A stretch of 64,000 nt of DNA. Source: an uncultured Chloroflexia bacterium (lineage in GTDB: Bacteria > Chloroflexota > Limnocylindria > Limnocylindrales > CSP1-4). The stretch lies in NCBI GenBank assembly GCA_963833225.1, contig CAWHXD010000019.1, positions 448,001 to 512,000 on the forward strand, given 5' to 3'. Positions 59,386 through 64,000 of this stretch are shown piece by piece. The notes under the pieces are model-generated. The model was given only the letters and a program-made list of their open reading frames with translations, was not told where the DNA came from and did no database searches. Position 1 is the first letter of the stretch; every line of letters starts with the position of its first letter. A program made the translations under genes and the position numbers.

Positions 59386-59489
59386 TATCGGGGGCCCGGC
59401 CGTCTCGTGGTCGTGGACGCAGCCCGTGGGGAGGGTTCGCGAGTGGGGCTCATGTCGGATCTCCGCAGTGGGTGGAGCCGAATCATGAC

Positions 59490-59550
59490 GTAATCCGTCC
59501 CATCAATCCAATGCTTTGTTATGATAGTTAAGATCAACGATATCGATGGA
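59490..59550. promoter_or_regulatory. AT-rich divergent promoter with a LysR box
   Basis: ATC-N9-GAT (T-N11-A) at 59533-59547. Confidence 0.6.
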
Positions 59551-59563
59551 ATCAGGAGATACG

Positions 59564-60481
59564 GTGCTGACCGCGCAGGTCGAGGGCTTCTTGGAGATCG
59601 CCCGGTTGCGGAACCTCAGTCGCGCCGCGGGCGTGTTGCACCTGACCCAGCCAGCGCTCACGGCCCGGCTGCAGGCGTTGGAGGACGAGCTCGGCTCGCC
59701 GCTGTTCGAGCGATCCAGGCGGGGCATGCGGCTGACCGGGGCGGGCCGGGCGTTCCTGCCCTTCGCCGAGCGAGCGCTCGAGTCGATCGAGGCCGGCCGC
59801 TCGGTCGTCGCCGAGCATGCGCGGGGGCTCACCGGCCAGCTCACGATCGGCACCGCCCCTGCCGTTGGCGCCTACGTTCTGCCCGGCTTGCTGGCCCGGT
59901 TCATCCGCGACTTCCCGGGCATCCGGCTGGTCGTCCGCACCGGGCACTCGGAGGAGATCGTCCAGGCGGTCGCGGAGGGCAAGCTCGACGTTGGCCTGGT
60001 GCGCGAGCTGCACCACCCGGGCGTCACGGTCCGTCCGCTGTACGAGGACGAGCTGGTGCTCGTGGCGCCGCCCTCCAACGTGCTGGCCCGCGCCGGTCAT
60101 GTGGAGGTGGACCAGCTGGCCGACACGACGCTGATCCTGTTCGACCGCACATCGTCCTATTACGAGCTGACGCATGCCCTGTTCCGCGCGGCGGGCGTGG
60201 CACCGCGGGGCACGATCGAGCTGGACAACATCGAGGCCGCCAAGCAGATGGTGCGCCGCGGACTGGGCGTCGCCCTGCTGCCGCACTCGGCAATCGCGGC
60301 CGACGTCGCGAGCGGGTCGCTTCGCGCAGTGGCGCTCGAGGGAGTGGCACCTATGCGCCGCCGCCTGGTCGCGGTCCGCCGGGCAGGGGCGCCCGATTCG
60401 GGCCCCGCCGTCGCCGGGTTTCTCGACATTCTCGACCGTATCGACGAGATCATCCCGGACGAGGGCGCCATCCTCGCCTAG
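59564..60481 (+). CDS. LysR-family regulator
   Basis: SRAA..LHLTQPALT..L..LE.ELG..LFER, LT.AG; AGGAG RBS before GTG59564. Confidence 0.95.
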   Translation: MLTAQVEGFLEIARLRNLSRAAGVLHLTQPALTARLQALEDELGSPLFERSRRGMRLTGAGRAFLPFAERALESIEAGRSVVAEHARGLTGQLTIGTAPAVGAYVLPGLLARFIRDFPGIRLVVRTGHSEEIVQAVAEGKLDVGLVRELHHPGVTVRPLYEDELVLVAPPSNVLARAGHVEVDQLADTTLILFDRTSSYYELTHALFRAAGVAPRGTIELDNIEAAKQMVRRGLGVALLPHSAIAADVASGSLRAVALEGVAPMRRRLVAVRRAGAPDSGPAVAGFLDILDRIDEIIPDEGAILA

Positions 60482-60569
60482 ACGCCTGCGCCCGCACCCC
60501 GCCCCGTGCAAGGTCCTCGGCTGGGACAGCCCCGCCGACCGACTTCCTGGCCCTCGATCGTGTCGGTGA

Positions 60570-60896
60570 TCAGGCTGCGGGTGGTCCCTCCTTCCGCTTC
60601 GCCTGGCTGGTCCGCAGGCGGTACGCCGAGCGGTCGGTCTCGAGGATGTGGGCCCGGAAGGGGTGCCAGTCGACGACCGCGGCGGCCAGCCGCGGGTTGG
60701 TGAAGCTGAGGAGCTCGGCGAGGTACGCCCGGTGGGTGATCCGGGACCGAACCGCCGCCGTGAGCTCGTCGGCCGGGGTCAGGCTGAGCCTCTGGTCGAC
60801 ATCGCCACCCGAGAGGAATCCGATCGCGCTGGGCAGGGCGACGAGCAGCACGCCGAGCATGAGCACGAGCTGGCCCCACCGTCGGCGGTCGTTCAT
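60570..60896 (-). CDS. Hypothetical protein with an N-terminal TM helix
   Basis: Hydrophobic N-terminus; GAGG RBS. Confidence 0.55.
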   Translation of the reverse strand: MNDRRRWGQLVLMLGVLLVALPSAIGFLSGGDVDQRLSLTPADELTAAVRSRITHRAYLAELLSFTNPRLAAAVVDWHPFRAHILETDRSAYRLRTSQAKRKEGPPAA

Positions 60897-61139
60897 TGCG
60901 TGCCATCCTCGGGCAATCGCCCGGTCGAACGCCCAGGGCCGCCCACGCTACAGGGCGGAGTTGCCCCGCAAACCACGCCCTATCGGACGCGGGGTGGGGG
61001 CAAGGCTTTGCCCGGACGCGCGCGCGACCGGCGGTGGCGACCGTTCTGCTCCGGCTGCTCCCCACGCAGCATGAGGGTCGGGCAACGAACGCTTCCTGGC
61101 GTGGCGGGCGAGATCCACGCCCTCGATGTCACGATGCCG

Positions 61140-61874
61140 TCAGTGCCAGTCGACGTTCACGACCTCCATCGGCCCGGAGAGGCCCTTGAGCGTCGCGCTT
61201 CGGGCCGCGGAGGTCCGGTGCGATTCGCCCACCGTCGCCACGCTGGCGACGATATCTCCGGCGCCCCCGAGAGCGGCGATCCGGGCGGCCTCGTGGACGC
61301 CCTTGCCGTGGAAGTCGCCGCCCACCTGCGTCGCATCGGAGGCATGAAGCCCGATGCGCACCTGGGGCGCGAACCCCTGCGTCGCCCGGTGTTCGGCGAG
61401 TCGCCGCTGGATCGCGATCGCGGCGGCCACGGCGAGGTCGGGCGAGTCGAAGCTGACGAAGAAGCCATCGCCCGTGGTGGAGATCTCCTCGCCGTCGTGC
61501 GCGGTGAACACCTCGCGCAGGGTCGTGTTGTGCCAGCGGAGCAGCGTCTCCCAGGCCTCGTCGCCCAGGGCCTCGACCAGGTTGGTGGAGCCGACGATGT
61601 CGGTGAACATGAACGTCTTGAGGACCCGCCGGGCGGGTCCGGTCTTGCCCCGCAGCTGCCAGGGCAGGAGCTCCGTGACGTCCTCGAGGACGATGGCCGC
61701 CGTCGGGCACGAGAACGCGGCGGCGCGGAGGATCTCCTCGTCGACGGTGTCCGGCCCGACCAGATCGCTCTTGCCGTAGTCGCCGGCCAGCCAGTCGAAG
61801 GCGGTCGGCGCGAGGGTGATGCAGTTGCCGGCCCCCACGCACTTGTGGCGGTCGACGCGCGCCCGGATCGCCAT
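61140..61874 (-). CDS. Ferredoxin-class III nucleotide cyclase fusion (244 aa)
   Basis: CVGAGNC...CPTAAI followed in frame by FMFTDIVGST, TGDGFF, RIGLH, GDFHG.GVHEAARI. Confidence 0.88.
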   Translation of the reverse strand: MAIRARVDRHKCVGAGNCITLAPTAFDWLAGDYGKSDLVGPDTVDEEILRAAAFSCPTAAIVLEDVTELLPWQLRGKTGPARRVLKTFMFTDIVGSTNLVEALGDEAWETLLRWHNTTLREVFTAHDGEEISTTGDGFFVSFDSPDLAVAAAIAIQRRLAEHRATQGFAPQVRIGLHASDATQVGGDFHGKGVHEAARIAALGGAGDIVASVATVGESHRTSAARSATLKGLSGPMEVVNVDWH

Positions 61875-64000
61875 CAGCGGGACCCCACAGTGGCGAGTCC
61901 GCGGAAGGCCAGCGACGTCGCCTCGGCGCGGCTCGACGCTCCCAGCCGGGCCTGCAGGTGCGCCAGCCGGCGGGCGACCTCGTCCTCGCCGACGTCGAGC
62001 TCGGCGGCGATCTCGGTGTTCGTCCGGCCCTGGGTCAGCAGCTGGAGCAGGCGGCGATCGGCCGCATCGAGGCTGGGTGCCGCGCCGGCCGGCCCGGGAC
62101 CCGTGGCCGGAGCGGGTGCCTCCATCGGCCCCGCCAGCTCGACCAGCCGGCGCCCGACCGGCCCGGTGAGCCACCGGACGCGGATCGCTTCGTCGGCCGT
62201 GCCCTGCGCGATCCTGGCCAGCGTCAGTTGGAGGTAGCCGCGGACGAACGCCTGGACCTCGGGCGGACCCCCGGCAAGCAGCGCCCGGGCCGCGGGAATG
62301 AGGATCTCCAGGCTGGTGTCCTCGTGAAGCCCGGCCTGGAGCGCCTCGAGGGCGGCACCGCCGGATGCCGCCGCGGCCGCCGTGTCGCCGCGCGCCAGGG
62401 CGACGTGGGCCAGTGCGGCGTCCGCCTGCGCCACCCACGGGGCGTGACCCGGAAGGAGTGGCAGGAGCGACGTCACCTGCGCCACGGATCGCTCGACGAC
62501 CTCGACCAGCGCGGCGTCCCGCTCGGTCGTGCCGGCCGCCGGCAGGCCGTCGGCGGTTCCGCCTTCGATGTGGCCGGCAGCCTCGATCGCGAGCCGCGCC
62601 AGCGTCTCGCAGCGGGCGGAGGCCCGGCCGCTTTCCGTCGCGATCGCGACCGCCCGCTCGAGATGGCGGAGCATGCCCTCGACATCGCCGGCCCCGGAAC
62701 GCACGATTCCCCGCCAGGTCTCGAGCTGGCGGGCACGAGTGCGCGACGGGGCCATGGACGCGGCCGTGGCGGCCAGGTCGAGCCAGCGCTCCGCCCCGTC
62801 CACGTCGCCGAGGTCGAGCAGGGCGAGCGCCACGCCACCGGCGGCCAGGAACTCGGTGCTCCGGTCGCCCAGCAGCCGGGCCGCCCGGTGGGCATCCTCG
62901 CCGCGCGTGATCGCGAGGTCCGGGACCACCTTGGCCCGCGAGTACACGTGGACCCCGAACAGCATCTGGAGATCGAGCCGATCGCGCTCGCTCTCGGTGA
63001 CGATCTCGGACAGGCGCGACGTCACCAGGCGGATCTCCTCGAGGTGGCGCGCCGAGTTGGACAGGTGCATCGCCGGCCCGTACCGCGCGTAGGCCATCGC
63101 GATGACGGTCGACATGACCCCGGTCCGGTCGCCGAGGCGCTCGAAGATGCCGAGCGCACGCTCGAGCACGTCCGTCGCCTCGGTCATCAGCGGGCCGATC
63201 GGCGAGCCGAGGATGAGCGCCTCCACGTCGGCACCCGATGCCACCGCGGCAACCATCTCGTTGGCGCGGCCGGCCATCACCTCGCCGCCGAACCACGCCC
63301 GGCCGCGGGCGAAGTCGATCATCCCGATCTCGCGCAGCGCCGCCGCCAGCTGGCGCTCGTCACCGAGCTGCCCGGCGAGCTCGATGGCGCGGCGGTATGC
63401 CTCCTCGGCCGCATCGAGGTCGATCTCGATCGCGGCGCCGCCGAACGACTCGCCCAGCGGGCTCCGGAGGGCGGCCTGGCCAAGCTCCATGGTGGCCCGG
63501 AGCTCCGTCCTGGCATCCCCGCGCTCGTGGGCCCGGGCCCGGACCCGCCCGGCCAGCTCCGCGGCCGTCTCCTCGTCATGGCTCATCCGGAGCGCCGATG
63601 CCCGCCGCAGCTGGACGTCGAGCTCGACCTCCGGGTCACGCATCGCCTCGGCGAGCGAAGCGAGCTCGGTCAAGCCATCCAGCCGCTCGCCGGTCTTTCG
63701 AAGGACGGCGTACGCGTCGTCGCGAGTCGCGAGGAGGACCCGCCGGTCGGCAGGGGCCGACACGACCGGGAGCGCCTGCTCGACGAGCCGGAGCGCCTCC
63801 TCGGGGGCATTGGAGGCCAGGGCGGCGCTCGCGGCATCGATCGAGAACCGGGCGGCCCGGGCGGTATCGCCGGCGGCGAGCGCGTGCTGGGCCAGCATCG
63901 GCAGGCCGGCCGGGGCGGGATCGCCGCCCTCGAGCAGCAGGTCGACGACGGCGGCGTGGACCTGGCGGCGACGCGCAGCCGACAGGTGGCTTGCGGCGAA
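61874..64000 (-). CDS. Large STAND/MalT-like regulator, C-terminal part (helical repeats + LuxR HTH); 5' end outside the window
   Basis: LSAARRRQVH, LAQH..AAGD..RA, TPR-like helices, GRTNTEIAAEL...LG..SR. Confidence 0.8.
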   Translation of the reverse strand, partial: FAASHLSAARRRQVHAAVVDLLLEGGDPAPAGLPMLAQHALAAGDTARAARFSIDAASAALASNAPEEALRLVEQALPVVSAPADRRVLLATRDDAYAVLRKTGERLDGLTELASLAEAMRDPEVELDVQLRRASALRMSHDEETAAELAGRVRARAHERGDARTELRATMELGQAALRSPLGESFGGAAIEIDLDAAEEAYRRAIELAGQLGDERQLAAALREIGMIDFARGRAWFGGEVMAGRANEMVAAVASGADVEALILGSPIGPLMTEATDVLERALGIFERLGDRTGVMSTVIAMAYARYGPAMHLSNSARHLEEIRLVTSRLSEIVTESERDRLDLQMLFGVHVYSRAKVVPDLAITRGEDAHRAARLLGDRSTEFLAAGGVALALLDLGDVDGAERWLDLAATAASMAPSRTRARQLETWRGIVRSGAGDVEGMLRHLERAVAIATESGRASARCETLARLAIEAAGHIEGGTADGLPAAGTTERDAALVEVVERSVAQVTSLLPLLPGHAPWVAQADAALAHVALARGDTAAAAASGGAALEALQAGLHEDTSLEILIPAARALLAGGPPEVQAFVRGYLQLTLARIAQGTADEAIRVRWLTGPVGRRLVELAGPMEAPAPATGPGPAGAAPSLDAADRRLLQLLTQGRTNTEIAAELDVGEDEVARRLAHLQARLGASSRAEATSLAFRGLATVGSR

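Noticed and set aside
282-63579. Numerous long antisense and alternate-frame ORFs (e.g. 282-1787, 11200-12798, 32586-34514, 57718-59025)
   Set aside because: They are Arg/Pro/Gly-rich shadows of real genes, expected from stop-codon scarcity at high GC

Overview
This is high-GC (roughly 70% by eye) bacterial chromosome with dense operons; the gene content resembles Chloroflexota or Actinomycetota (inference). I found no CRISPR array, integrase, transposase or rRNA, and one tRNA-Gly(CCC). From left to right the window holds: (1) a LacI-linked catabolic operon at 1-10.6 kb, riddled with frameshifts that look like assembly errors; (2) a head-to-head pair of alanine-dehydrogenase/CEO-synthase-like paralogs; (3) TetR and MarR modules with visible operators; (4) two CLC-CBS-TrkA_C genes that share a near-identical 25-bp upstream element; (5) a seven-gene minus-strand operon at 22.6-30.4 kb joining a Mycobacterium Rv1679-Rv1681-like core (radical SAM, atypical acyl-CoA dehydrogenase, signal-less PhnD-like protein) to a glycosylation module; (6) two copies of a His-rich PadR plus Cys/His microprotein cassette, one heading a hemerythrin and the other a radical SAM/Dps/metal-independent glycolysis/metal-ABC operon; (7) a glyoxylate shunt with long-form ICL; and (8) a ferredoxin-nucleotide cyclase fusion coupled to a LuxR-type STAND regulator. 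The best candidates for an undescribed system are (5), (8) and (6). All family calls come from motif recognition by eye, not database searches.
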